Source: Bdellovibrionales bacterium (GTDB lineage: Bacteria > Bdellovibrionota > Bdellovibrionia > Bdellovibrionales > JAUICD01). From it: DNA of 64,000 nucleotides. Shown here piece by piece: positions 38,400 to 47,558 of this stretch. The DNA is taken from contig CBDANC010000015.1 of the NCBI GenBank assembly GCA_965197425.1, positions 397,013 through 461,012 of the forward strand, read 5' to 3'. The notes beneath the pieces are model-generated. The model was not told the origin of the DNA. It searched no databases and worked only from the letters and a program-made list of their open reading frames with translations. The position numbers and the translations under genes are program-made. Position 1 is the stretch's first letter, and each line of letters opens with the position of its first letter.

Positions 38400-38810
38400 A
38401 TGCAATTAGAGAGTTTAAACTATCTAAAAGAAGTTTTGGGGGTTAAGCATATTCCAAAACCAAAATCTGTAGCGAGCGTTAGAATTACTTTGTTAGCTTA
38501 TTTTGATTGTGAAGATGTGGTGCAGGTTAGATATTTTGAAAAGTTGAAAAATCTTCTTGAGGAGTATGGTGTTTTGGGTTCTGTGTTTGTAAATAAAGAT
38601 GATGTTAAAAAGAGTGGTTTGATTTTGTCTTTAGGAAGGCCAGCATCAAACGAAGTAAAGTTTGATGGATTACATGGTATATGGAAAAAGGTAGGAAATC
38701 AGATGATTATGTGGACACATCCGGTAAGTGAATTTGGGGATAAGAAGATAAAGTCTGTTGTGTGGAGGGATGTTAAGCGTGCTATTAGAATGTGTGGTGT
38801 TAGTGTTTAG
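38400..38810 (+). CDS. Hypothetical protein (weakly UDG/DNA pol III psi-like ending)
   Basis: Operonic spacing; THP......K..VWRD.K resembles the C-terminus of UDG-fold proteins. Confidence 0.6.
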   Translation: MQLESLNYLKEVLGVKHIPKPKSVASVRITLLAYFDCEDVVQVRYFEKLKNLLEEYGVLGSVFVNKDDVKKSGLILSLGRPASNEVKFDGLHGIWKKVGNQMIMWTHPVSEFGDKKIKSVVWRDVKRAIRMCGVSV

Positions 38811-38811
38811 C

Positions 38812-38923
38812 CTCATTAGGAAGACCTTGTGTAACGGGATCGGCATCGTGTCCAGAGCTGGGCAACCACTCGGCAAAATAAGTAGGCATAGCCTACTTAT
38901 TTTTGCCTCATTGGAAGACCTTT
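38812..38923 (+). repeat. Intergenic REP-like repeat, module A
   Basis: Two GGAAGACCTT ends bracket GGGATCGGCATCGTGTCCAGAGCTGGGCAACCACTCGGCAAAATAAGTAGGCATAGCCTACTTATTTTTGCC. Confidence 0.9.
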
Positions 38924-38926
38924 AGT

Positions 38927-40210
38927 ATGAAATTTTTCTTTTTAAGTTTGGTTGTGTGTTTTGGCTTGAGCAAGAATGCTTTTGCCAAAGACTGTACACT
39001 GCAGATGACTATAGGTGGTGATAGTATAGGTGTGGCCACTCTTGATTATTTGGAGCGCGGTCATAAAAGTGCTACACGAAAGTGTTCTTCAATTCTTTTA
39101 CTGTTGAACACTCCAGGGGGAGATTTACATACTACTAGGTTAATTGTAGAAAAAATTTTAAACTCTAGAATTCCTTATCTTTGTTTAATCTATCCATCGG
39201 GAGGTCATGCTGGTAGCGCTGGAGCTATTATAATGCAGGCATGTCATGTTGCTGGTGGGATGGAGTCTACCAATATAGGTGCTGCTACTCCTATTTCAGG
39301 TGGCGGTGCAGATTTAAATGAAGATTTAAGAAAAAAAATAATAAATGACACTGTCAGTTGGGTTGAGAGCCTTGCAGAAAAAAGAAAGCGGAGTAAAAAA
39401 TTTGGAAAAGAAATCATTACTGAGGCCAAGTCGGTAAGTAGTAAGGAAGCTGTAAGATTGGGTGGTATTGATTTTGAGGCAAAGTCAAAAGAGGATTTCT
39501 TAAAGTTTGCTGAAAAAAGACAAGTAGATCTTTTAAACAAAGAAGGTGTGGTGGAGGTTGGAAAGCTTAAGGAGTTTGAACCTGATTTTAGGTATAAAGT
39601 TTTGGATCTTTTTATGGATCCTCAGTTTGCCTATTTGATTTTCATGGGAAGTATTGGTCTTTTGTGGTTTGAGTTTACCCATCCTGGAACGATGATACCT
39701 GGGATTGTAGGTGCAATAGGTCTTTTGATTTCTCTGGTAAGCTTCCATAAACTTGCGGTTTCTTGGGCTGGTTTAGTTTTGATGGTTTTAGGGCTTGGGT
39801 TTATGATTGCTGAGACTTTTGTGGCAAGCTTTGGGACCTTGGCTATTGGTGGAATAATTTCTTTTGTTTTGGGAGGGATATTCTTATTTGAAAACAATGT
39901 GTTTGGATATGAACTACCCTTCTATAGTACAATACTTCCTGTTGCTGTCACTGTTGGTTTGTTCATGTTGATTCTGGCGGTAGTGCTTGCTAGATCGAGA
40001 AAAGTCAAAAAATCATATGGAGAAGATCAGCTTGTTGGTAAGACCGCTACTGTGATGAAGGTTTATAATAAAGGTAAGTATAGGGTTTCTTGTGAGGGGG
40101 CAATATGGAGTGCTACTTGTGATGACAAAATTTTTCCAGGTGATGAAGTTAAGGTTGTTGGTGTAGATGGACTGCTGTTAAAGGTGGCTTATAACAAAGA
40201 AGATGATTAG
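38927..40210 (+). CDS. nfeD: NfeD family membrane-bound serine protease
   Basis: LNTPGG, A.SAGA.I, IGAATP, TM cluster and C-terminal OB fold (G..W.A). Confidence 0.9.
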   Translation: MKFFFLSLVVCFGLSKNAFAKDCTLQMTIGGDSIGVATLDYLERGHKSATRKCSSILLLLNTPGGDLHTTRLIVEKILNSRIPYLCLIYPSGGHAGSAGAIIMQACHVAGGMESTNIGAATPISGGGADLNEDLRKKIINDTVSWVESLAEKRKRSKKFGKEIITEAKSVSSKEAVRLGGIDFEAKSKEDFLKFAEKRQVDLLNKEGVVEVGKLKEFEPDFRYKVLDLFMDPQFAYLIFMGSIGLLWFEFTHPGTMIPGIVGAIGLLISLVSFHKLAVSWAGLVLMVLGLGFMIAETFVASFGTLAIGGIISFVLGGIFLFENNVFGYELPFYSTILPVAVTVGLFMLILAVVLARSRKVKKSYGEDQLVGKTATVMKVYNKGKYRVSCEGAIWSATCDDKIFPGDEVKVVGVDGLLLKVAYNKEDD

Positions 40211-40232
40211 GAAAAAATATAAACATTGCATC

Positions 40233-40297
40233 AAGGTCTTCCGAACGAGGCAAAAATAAGGAGGCTATGCCTACTTATTTTGCCGAGTGGTTGCCCA
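40233..40297 (-). repeat. Intergenic REP-like repeat, module A (reverse, truncated)
   Basis: AAGGTCTTCCGAACGAGGCAAAAATAAGGAGGCTATGCCTACTT...GCCGAGTGGTTGCCCAG. Confidence 0.9.
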
Positions 40298-40474
40298 GTT
40301 TTCTGTGTAATTTATTGATATATTGTAAGATTAGACTGTAACAACATACATTACATTTTGTACTCCACCAATTAAATACCCGTGCCGTAGGTAACTAACC
40401 CATGGCCTTGCTTGTCTGTAACAGTCAGGGGAAATAGTAAGGGTATAAAGCTTAGGGACTTAGGTACTGGTGAA

Positions 40475-40501
40475 TAAAAAATAAACTGAAACTTCCGATA
40501 C
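40475..40501 (+). promoter_or_regulatory. Putative sigma-28 (FliA) promoter
   Basis: TAAA-N15-TCCGATAC, 33 bp before the ATG; consensus is TAAA-N15-GCCGATAA. Confidence 0.45.
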
Positions 40502-40534
40502 GGGAATATAATCTGAAAAACGGGATAGCTTTAT

Positions 40535-43500
40535 ATGAAACCTGGTGTATCGTTAGCAGTTTATTGTGTGGCTTTGGCTTTGAGTCTTGTTGCATATCAA
40601 AATTGTGCAGATGTGACTTTCAGTTCACTGCAGTTATCTTCGAAATCAGGCCTTGGGCTGGATATGAATCCTCGTTGTATCGGTGATGATAGCAGTGTTT
40701 CATTTACTGTTGATGCAGATAATGATTATGTATTTAGGTGTAAGCAAGCTACTGATATCTATTTTACAGATTGCAGCAACTATATTTTGGATAATGGTAT
40801 TGCCACCATTGAAACTCATGGTAACACAGTTACCTTTAGTGAGTTACAGAACGATTCTTACGCTCTAATCATACAAGTCGAAGATCAGGAAGGCCAAATA
40901 GATACCTTCAGTGCAAGTATATCAAGGTGTCCTCCTGCTCCTGTGTGTTCTGCACCTCAAATTGAGTGTAATGGAAATTGTATAAATCCAGCTTGTACAA
41001 CTGGTTCGTGTGGTACAGGTAAGACTTGTCAAAATCCAGGATCTTGTAATGCTAAGTGCGTAACCAAGACATGTCCTCAGGGTCAGACTTTGTGTAATGA
41101 TGGAAGTTGTAAGACTCCAGCTTGTACAACTAGTTCTTGTGGTACAGGTAAGACTTGTCAGAACGCTGGTACCTGTTCTGCTAGATGTATAACTAAGACA
41201 TGTTCAAGTGGCCAAGTTCTGTGTAACGGTGTTTGCAAGGCTCCAACTTGTGCAGAAAACAGTGCTACTTGTACGACATGTCCTGATGGTCAGTGTGGTC
41301 AACCAAGCACAGGTCAGACTTGCGGTGACAGGAAGAATTCTTGTCAAACTTGTACTAATGATAATAGCTGCAGTGAGAGGCCGAGGTCTAAAACTATTAC
41401 CTGTGGTAGTGGAAGTATGTCTTCGTATCCTTACACAACCAGACAAAACCCTGACGGGGGAAGCAAAACGGAATGTGGGACCACATGCTACAGTAAAGGT
41501 GCTTGTGCGAACTCATGTTCTAGCAACGGTGATTGTGGGTGTGGTGGAACATGTAATAGTGGATGTTGTTCCAGCACAGGGCCTAGTTGTTCTGGAAATA
41601 CTCCACACTGTTCAAATGGCACATGTGTAGAGTGTACAAGTTCTAATCAATGTTCTGGAACTTGTAGTAGTTGTATAAATGGAAGTTGTTCTAGTGGTCA
41701 AACTTGTGGTGAGAGGAAGAACTCTTGTCAAGTTTGTACTAATAATAATAGCTGTAGTGAAAGGCCAAGAACTAAGAATATTACCTGTGGTAGTGGAGGT
41801 ATGTCTTCATATTCTTACACAAGTGTACAAACTCCCGATGGAGGAAGTAAGACGGAGTGTGGAGCCACATGTTATAAAAGGGGAGCTTGTGCAAATCAGT
41901 GTACAAGCGATACAAGTTGTGGATTTAGCAACACTGCTGCTTGTGGTGCTAGATGTACCACTGGTAGCAATGGCTGCAGAAGTTGTACTTCTGGTACTAG
42001 GTGTGATTCAACTTGCCAGAGTTGTAGTGGTGGAAGTTGTGTAACAGATAGTTGTGGTTCAGGCTATTTTGCTCTCTATCCCGATAGAAACGCTAGTTCT
42101 GGAAGTACCAGCAGAAGTTGTCGTGGTAGGACTTGTCATAAACCTCAGGCTTGTACAGATGAATGTTCAAGTAGTAGTAGCTGTACCAAGTGTGGGGCCT
42201 CATGTACCACCGGTTCTGATGGTTGTAAGGATTGTACTGGAGGTACTACATGTAATTCGACTTGCCAGAGTTGTAGTGGTGGAAGTTGTGTAACAGATAG
42301 TTGTGGTTCAGGCTATTTTGCTCTCTACCCTGATACGAATGCCAGTTCTGGAAGTACCAGCAAAAGTTGTGGTGGTAGGACTTGTCATAAACCTCCAACT
42401 TGTACAAATCAGTGTACAAACGATGCAAATTGTGGGTTTAACAACACCGCTACTTGTGGTGCTAGATGTACCACTGGTAGCAATGGCTGCAGAAGTTGTA
42501 CTTCTGGTACTAGATGTAATTCGACTTGCCAGAGTTGTAGTAATGGAAGTTGTGTAACAGATAGCTGTGGTTCAGGCTATTTTGCTCTCTATCCTGATAG
42601 AAACGCTAGTTCTGGAAGTACCAGCAGAAGTTGTCGTGGTAGGACTTGTCATAAACCTCAGGCTTGTACAGATGAATGTTCAAGTAGTAGTAGCTGTACC
42701 AAGTGTGGGGCCTCATGTACCACCGGTTCTGATGGTTGTAAGGATTGTACTGGAGGTACTACATGTAATTCGACTTGCCAGAGTTGTAGCGGCACGAGTT
42801 GTGTAACGGATAGCTGTGGTTCAGGCTACTTCAGTGGTTATTCTCATAATAGTAGTCAGGGCGTTGGTTCTACCTCAAGAAGATGTTCTGGTAAAACTTG
42901 TTGGTCTGATAAAACATGTGAAAACACTTGTACAAGTCCTTCTCAATGTCCAAAATGTGGAGCGAGTTGCACAACTGGAAGTAATGGATGTAAATCTTGC
43001 ACTGGTGGAACCACATGTTCAGGTTCTACACCATACTGTAGTGGTGGAAATTGTGTAGAGTGTACATCTTCTGGTCAATGTCCTGGGACATGTAACACTT
43101 GCAGTAGTGGTACTTGTAGTGGTGGCACGACTTGTAGTGCTAACTCTTGTCAGGTGTGTAGTAGTACTTGTGGTTCTCCGAGGTCTAAGACTTGTAGTGA
43201 CTTTGGACATCAATCCTCTAGCAACGGTTTATCATGTCCTGAGACTGTGAGACCTGGTTGCAATTTGACATGTTATAGAGAGGGTACAACTTGTAGTGCT
43301 AATTCTTGTCAGGTGTGTAGTAGTACCTGTGGTTCTCCGAGGTCTAAGACTTGTAGTGACTTTGGACATCAATCCTCTAGCAACGGTTTATCATGTCCTG
43401 AGACTGTGAGACCTGGTTGTAATTTGACATGTTATAGAGAGGGTACAACTTGTAGTGCTAATTCTTGTCAGGTGTGTAGTAGTACTTGTGGTTCTCCGAG

Positions 43501-44137
43501 GTCTAAGACTTGTAGTGACTTTGGATATCAATCTTCTGGCAGTGGTTTATCATGTCCTGAGACAGTAAGGCCTGGTTGTAACTTGACATGTTATAGAGCA
43601 GGAGCAGGTCAGACTTGCGGTAATCGAATTAGTAGCAGCAGATGCGAATCATGCACCAACCCTAGTAGCTGCACTGAAACTCCAAAGAGTCGCTGTAATG
43701 CATTTGACGGCGAGTTATGCTGCAATGGAACATGCAAAACGCCTCTTTGCCAGGATGATGACGAGTGTTCTCCTGGATATAACTGTATAAATGATGGAAT
43801 GTGTAACGCCTTTTGTGAAGCAAGTGGCTGTCCTCCGTACAGTGAGTGTACACAAAGGTCAGATTGCCTTAATAATAATAATCACTGTGGAGGTAATTGT
43901 TCGGGTTGTGCATGCACTGGCGGTCAACAATGTTCAGGTGGCCAACGATGTGTAAACGGAAGGTGTCAAACTATCACTCAAACTACCACGACCACTATCA
44001 CAACAACTACAAGCGGGAGCGGTAGTCCTTGTACTAATCCTTGTAATTGGGATAGAGATTGTACTGGTGCCGGAGAACCAAAATGTCGTAACGGTTGTTG
44101 TGGGGCGGCTGATGATGGGCCAGGGACTCAATTTTAA
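40535..44137 (+). CDS. 1200-aa cysteine-rich repetitive surface lipoprotein (YQNC signal)
   Basis: AYQNC signal and a ~110-aa N-terminal domain, then >1000 aa of C/S/G/T-rich repeats with 129-, 384-, 513- (249+264) and 159-bp periods. Confidence 0.88.
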   Translation: MKPGVSLAVYCVALALSLVAYQNCADVTFSSLQLSSKSGLGLDMNPRCIGDDSSVSFTVDADNDYVFRCKQATDIYFTDCSNYILDNGIATIETHGNTVTFSELQNDSYALIIQVEDQEGQIDTFSASISRCPPAPVCSAPQIECNGNCINPACTTGSCGTGKTCQNPGSCNAKCVTKTCPQGQTLCNDGSCKTPACTTSSCGTGKTCQNAGTCSARCITKTCSSGQVLCNGVCKAPTCAENSATCTTCPDGQCGQPSTGQTCGDRKNSCQTCTNDNSCSERPRSKTITCGSGSMSSYPYTTRQNPDGGSKTECGTTCYSKGACANSCSSNGDCGCGGTCNSGCCSSTGPSCSGNTPHCSNGTCVECTSSNQCSGTCSSCINGSCSSGQTCGERKNSCQVCTNNNSCSERPRTKNITCGSGGMSSYSYTSVQTPDGGSKTECGATCYKRGACANQCTSDTSCGFSNTAACGARCTTGSNGCRSCTSGTRCDSTCQSCSGGSCVTDSCGSGYFALYPDRNASSGSTSRSCRGRTCHKPQACTDECSSSSSCTKCGASCTTGSDGCKDCTGGTTCNSTCQSCSGGSCVTDSCGSGYFALYPDTNASSGSTSKSCGGRTCHKPPTCTNQCTNDANCGFNNTATCGARCTTGSNGCRSCTSGTRCNSTCQSCSNGSCVTDSCGSGYFALYPDRNASSGSTSRSCRGRTCHKPQACTDECSSSSSCTKCGASCTTGSDGCKDCTGGTTCNSTCQSCSGTSCVTDSCGSGYFSGYSHNSSQGVGSTSRRCSGKTCWSDKTCENTCTSPSQCPKCGASCTTGSNGCKSCTGGTTCSGSTPYCSGGNCVECTSSGQCPGTCNTCSSGTCSGGTTCSANSCQVCSSTCGSPRSKTCSDFGHQSSSNGLSCPETVRPGCNLTCYREGTTCSANSCQVCSSTCGSPRSKTCSDFGHQSSSNGLSCPETVRPGCNLTCYREGTTCSANSCQVCSSTCGSPRSKTCSDFGYQSSGSGLSCPETVRPGCNLTCYRAGAGQTCGNRISSSRCESCTNPSSCTETPKSRCNAFDGELCCNGTCKTPLCQDDDECSPGYNCINDGMCNAFCEASGCPPYSECTQRSDCLNNNNHCGGNCSGCACTGGQQCSGGQRCVNGRCQTITQTTTTTITTTTSGSGSPCTNPCNWDRDCTGAGEPKCRNGCCGAADDGPGTQF

Positions 44138-44243
44138 TAATTAAATACCCAGTTTGCTATGATTTAAGTTTGTTCGGTAAACCCTTCTCTTCATGGAAAG
44201 TGAGGTGGTCAAGCTAAGTAAAGAAATTAGCAGAGCATCAATA

Positions 44244-44444
44244 GTTTGATTAAAAGTTACTTTTTTACAGTACGGCCCCTCTGGTTGCCACTGTATATTG
44301 GCTTATTTATATTGATTCTTGTTGTAGTGTTTGCTAGATCGGAGAGAGCGAAAAGGCTCATGTGTAAAAGACCGACCTGTTGACAGGGCAGCCAATACGG
44401 TGGGATTGTGGCTGAGGACAGCTTATAATAAGAAAGACAACTAG
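44244..44444 (+). pseudogene. Degenerate duplicate of the nfeD 3' end
   Basis: TTGATTCTTGTTGTAGTGTTTGCTAGATCG matches nfeD TTGATTCTGGCGGTAGTGCTTGCTAGATCG, and GCTTATAATAAGAAAGACAACTAG matches GCTTATAACAAAGAAGATGATTAG; frameshifted and internally deleted. Confidence 0.75.
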
Positions 44445-44459
44445 AGAGGGATAGAGAAA

Positions 44460-45233
44460 ATGACAACTTACATAATTATAGCAGTTTTTGTTTTATATTT
44501 AATAGCTTCTGGTATCCGTATTTTGGCTGAGTATGAAAGGGGTGTGGTTCTTAGGCTTGGTAGGATATTGGGGGTAAAAGAGCCCGGTGTTCGCTTTTTG
44601 ATTCCCTTTGGTGTGGATCGTATGATTAAAGTTGGGATGAGGACCATAACCATGGATATTCCTACCCAAGATGTTATTACTAGCGATAACGTGTCAATGA
44701 AGGTTAATGCGGTTGTGTATTTTAAGGTTATGAACGCACAAAAAGCTATATTGGCTATAGAAGATTATCTTTTTGCCACAAGTCAGCTAAGTCAAACTAC
44801 ACTGCGGTCAGTAGTCGGTCAATTTCCTTTAGATGAGCTTTTGACCAAGAGGGATAGCATCAACATCAAGCTTCAGGAAATACTAGATAGCCAGACAAAT
44901 CCTTGGGGTATCAAAGTTGAGATGGTTGAAGTAAAGCACATAGATTTACCTAAGGAAATGCAAAGAGCAATGGCTAAAGAAGCTGAGTCTGAAAGAGAAA
45001 GAAGAGCTAAGGTTATTAGTGCTGAGGGTGAGTTTCAAAGATCTGAAAAATTGGCTTTGGCCTCTAACAAGCTAGCCGAATCTCCTTCTGCCTTGCAACT
45101 TGCCTATCTTCAGACTTTAAACGAAATAGCTGGTGATAGAAGTAACACAATTGTCTTTCCACTGCCTTTAGACATGATAGATAAATTTATGGAATCCAAA
45201 GGGCCTCAGACTGGTAAGAGCGGTAGTGCCTAG
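44460..45233 (+). CDS. SPFH/stomatin (slipin) family protein
   Basis: YERGV.LRLG, Q.VIT.DNV, QTTLRSV.G, WGIKV..VE.K and AEAERERRAK-like motifs. Confidence 0.94.
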   Translation: MTTYIIIAVFVLYLIASGIRILAEYERGVVLRLGRILGVKEPGVRFLIPFGVDRMIKVGMRTITMDIPTQDVITSDNVSMKVNAVVYFKVMNAQKAILAIEDYLFATSQLSQTTLRSVVGQFPLDELLTKRDSINIKLQEILDSQTNPWGIKVEMVEVKHIDLPKEMQRAMAKEAESERERRAKVISAEGEFQRSEKLALASNKLAESPSALQLAYLQTLNEIAGDRSNTIVFPLPLDMIDKFMESKGPQTGKSGSA

Positions 45234-45285
45234 CCAATTGCAAGCTCCTCCCCTTATTATTTGTTCAACTCACCTTTAGTAGCAG

Positions 45286-45472
45286 GATCAGCTGTGAAGT
45301 CCACCAGGAAGAAAGAGCCACTTGGCAAAAAAAAGTAGGCATAGCCTCCTTATTTTTTGCCTCGTTCGGAAGACCTCTGTGGGAATGGATCAACATCGTG
45401 TCCAGAGCTGGGCAACTCACTCAGCCAAAAAGCAAACAAGTTCGCTTTATTGGCCTCGTTAAGAAGACCTTT
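45286..45472 (+). repeat. Intergenic REP-like mosaic (module C + 2 x module A)
   Basis: GCTGTGA.GTCCACCAGGAAG...GAGCCACTTGGCAAAAA (also at 50424), then two GAAGACC-terminated units. Confidence 0.88.
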
Positions 45473-45538
45473 AGGGTTATTTCTTGCTAAACAATTAATT
45501 GTGTTCTATTTTCGTATTCTTTTGGGAGGTGGGTTGTG

Positions 45539-45847
45539 ATGTCACTTGCCTATGCACAGAGCGGTCAAGCTTCAGGTCCTAGTGCCTTGGAGGCAATGGT
45601 TCCTTTTATTTTAATATTTGCAGTATTTTATTTTTTGATGATAAGGCCTCAATCGAAGCAAAGAAAACTTCACAATAAATTTTTATCAGAGCTAAAGCGT
45701 GGTGATGAGGTTGTAACTGTAAGTGGTGTACTCGGTAGAGTTGAAGGTATTACAGACAAAATTGTTGTATTAGAGGTATCTGATGATACCAAAATTAAGG
45801 TACTGAAATACAAAATAGCTGGGCCATTTAAAAAGGAGAGTACATAA
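45539..45847 (+). CDS. yajC: Preprotein translocase subunit YajC
   Basis: FYFL.IRPQ.K and LK.GDEVVT.SG..G. Confidence 0.95.
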   Translation: MSLAYAQSGQASGPSALEAMVPFILIFAVFYFLMIRPQSKQRKLHNKFLSELKRGDEVVTVSGVLGRVEGITDKIVVLEVSDDTKIKVLKYKIAGPFKKEST

Positions 45848-45848
45848 A

Positions 45849-47531
45849 TTGCCAGGTTCTTCATTTCGTTTTCGCTTTATCATAATTTTCCTTGTGGTTG
45901 GGTTTTGTATACACTCCCTGTTACCTAATTTTATTGAGGCTGAAAGCCCTCTTTTACCTAAAAAAAAGATAGTGTTAGGTTTGGATATTCAAGGTGGTTT
46001 ACACCTGGTTATGGAAGCCAGGATTGAGGATGTTCTAAAAGAACAAAACACAAGAGATGCACTGAGTATGGGCGATTACTTTAAAAGACAAGGTATAGAT
46101 GATGCCCTGGCTAGTCCAATAGAAGAAAATAACTCCTATGCAATAGAGATAACTAGCTTAGATACTACTAGAATTGGTGAGCTGCTCAATGAGGACTGGC
46201 CTTCTTATTTGATTGTAGAAAGTAGTTTGAATCGTCTGGTTATAAAGCAGAGCGAAGTTTCTATCAGGGATTTTAGAGATCGCATAGTAGGACAATCTAT
46301 TGAAACTTTAAGAAATCGTATTGATGCATTTGGTGTGACAGAACCTAGTATAACCTCACAGGGACAGAATAGAATCTTGATCCAAATCCCCGGTTTGGAA
46401 GAGTCTGACTATAACAGGGCAAAGGATCTTATAAGTAAAACTGCCAGGCTGGACTTCATGTTGGTATCCGATGAAACTCAAGATCTATCCAGGTGGATTG
46501 AAGATGCCGAGACTGCTGGTGGGTATGACATTAATTCTATAGGGGGTTATACCAAATACATCGATAGGTTAAATGAGGATATTAGAGATAAGCTGACTCA
46601 AAATCAGGTTTTATTATTTCAAAAACCCGAAAATGTTACAGACATTGAAGTTGGTAGAATTCCCTACCTGTTAGAGCGAACAGATGTAGGTGGTGATGAC
46701 TTAAGGGATGCATTTGTCTCAATAGGTGAAATGAATCAACCAGAAGTTAGCATTAACTTTAATCCTGATGGTGCCAGACAATTTGCTAAGTTAACAGGTG
46801 ATAACATAAACAGGCAACTCGCTATAGTGCTGGATAACACTGTCTACTCCGCCCCTAATATTCAGTCTAGAATACCTAATGGCAGGGGTAGGATAACATT
46901 AGGAGGTGGTGGAACCTATGAGTCTATCATGTCTGAAGCTAGAACAATATCAATGGCTCTTAGGGCTGGAGCCTTACCAGCTAGACTCGAACAGCTGGAG
47001 GAGCGAACAGTAGGACCTACTTTGGGAAGAGATTCTATAGAAAAAAGTAAGAAAGCCATTTTAGTTGGTGGGTTGTTGGTGTTGCTATTTATGTTGTTTT
47101 ACTACAAGGGATTTGGGTTCGTGTCCAATATTACACTAGGATTAAACATGGTTTTGATAATGGGAGTGTTGACTTCTTTGGAAGCTACTTTGACACTACC
47201 CGGAGTAGCTGGAATTGCATTAACAATTGGTATGGCGGTTGATGCAAATGTCATTATCTTTGAGAGAATTAAAGAAGAGTTGGCTAAGAAAGTTGGATTT
47301 GCTGCAAGTGTAGAGACAGGTTTTAGAAAAGGTCTATCTGCAATTTTTGACTCCAACATAACAACCGCTGCAACATCTGTTATACTAATGTACTTTGGTA
47401 CCGGGCCTGTTAGAGGATTTGCGGTAACTTTGCTTATTGGAATTGCTACCAGCTTATTTACTGCAGTATTTGTAACAAAAGTAATTTTAGACTATCAAAT
47501 TCACAAACGAGGAAAAACTATTCCTATTTGA
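45849..47531 (+). CDS. secD: Protein translocase subunit SecD
   Basis: LGLDIQGG, RIDAFGV.EP, LRAGALPA, GMAVDANV.I.ERI.EE and GPVRGFA. Confidence 0.97.
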   Translation: MPGSSFRFRFIIIFLVVGFCIHSLLPNFIEAESPLLPKKKIVLGLDIQGGLHLVMEARIEDVLKEQNTRDALSMGDYFKRQGIDDALASPIEENNSYAIEITSLDTTRIGELLNEDWPSYLIVESSLNRLVIKQSEVSIRDFRDRIVGQSIETLRNRIDAFGVTEPSITSQGQNRILIQIPGLEESDYNRAKDLISKTARLDFMLVSDETQDLSRWIEDAETAGGYDINSIGGYTKYIDRLNEDIRDKLTQNQVLLFQKPENVTDIEVGRIPYLLERTDVGGDDLRDAFVSIGEMNQPEVSINFNPDGARQFAKLTGDNINRQLAIVLDNTVYSAPNIQSRIPNGRGRITLGGGGTYESIMSEARTISMALRAGALPARLEQLEERTVGPTLGRDSIEKSKKAILVGGLLVLLFMLFYYKGFGFVSNITLGLNMVLIMGVLTSLEATLTLPGVAGIALTIGMAVDANVIIFERIKEELAKKVGFAASVETGFRKGLSAIFDSNITTAATSVILMYFGTGPVRGFAVTLLIGIATSLFTAVFVTKVILDYQIHKRGKTIPI

Positions 47532-47558
47532 AGGTAGATTTTTAAAAAGGACAATATC

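Noticed and set aside
40380..40534. Riboswitch (e.g. c-di-GMP) ahead of the Cys-rich gene
   Set aside because: I could not identify the conserved aptamer motifs by eye; an Rfam scan would be needed.
41204..44131. Val-rich alternative-frame and antisense ORFs within the Cys-rich gene
   Set aside because: Shadow frames produced by TGT/AGT/GGT codon repetition.
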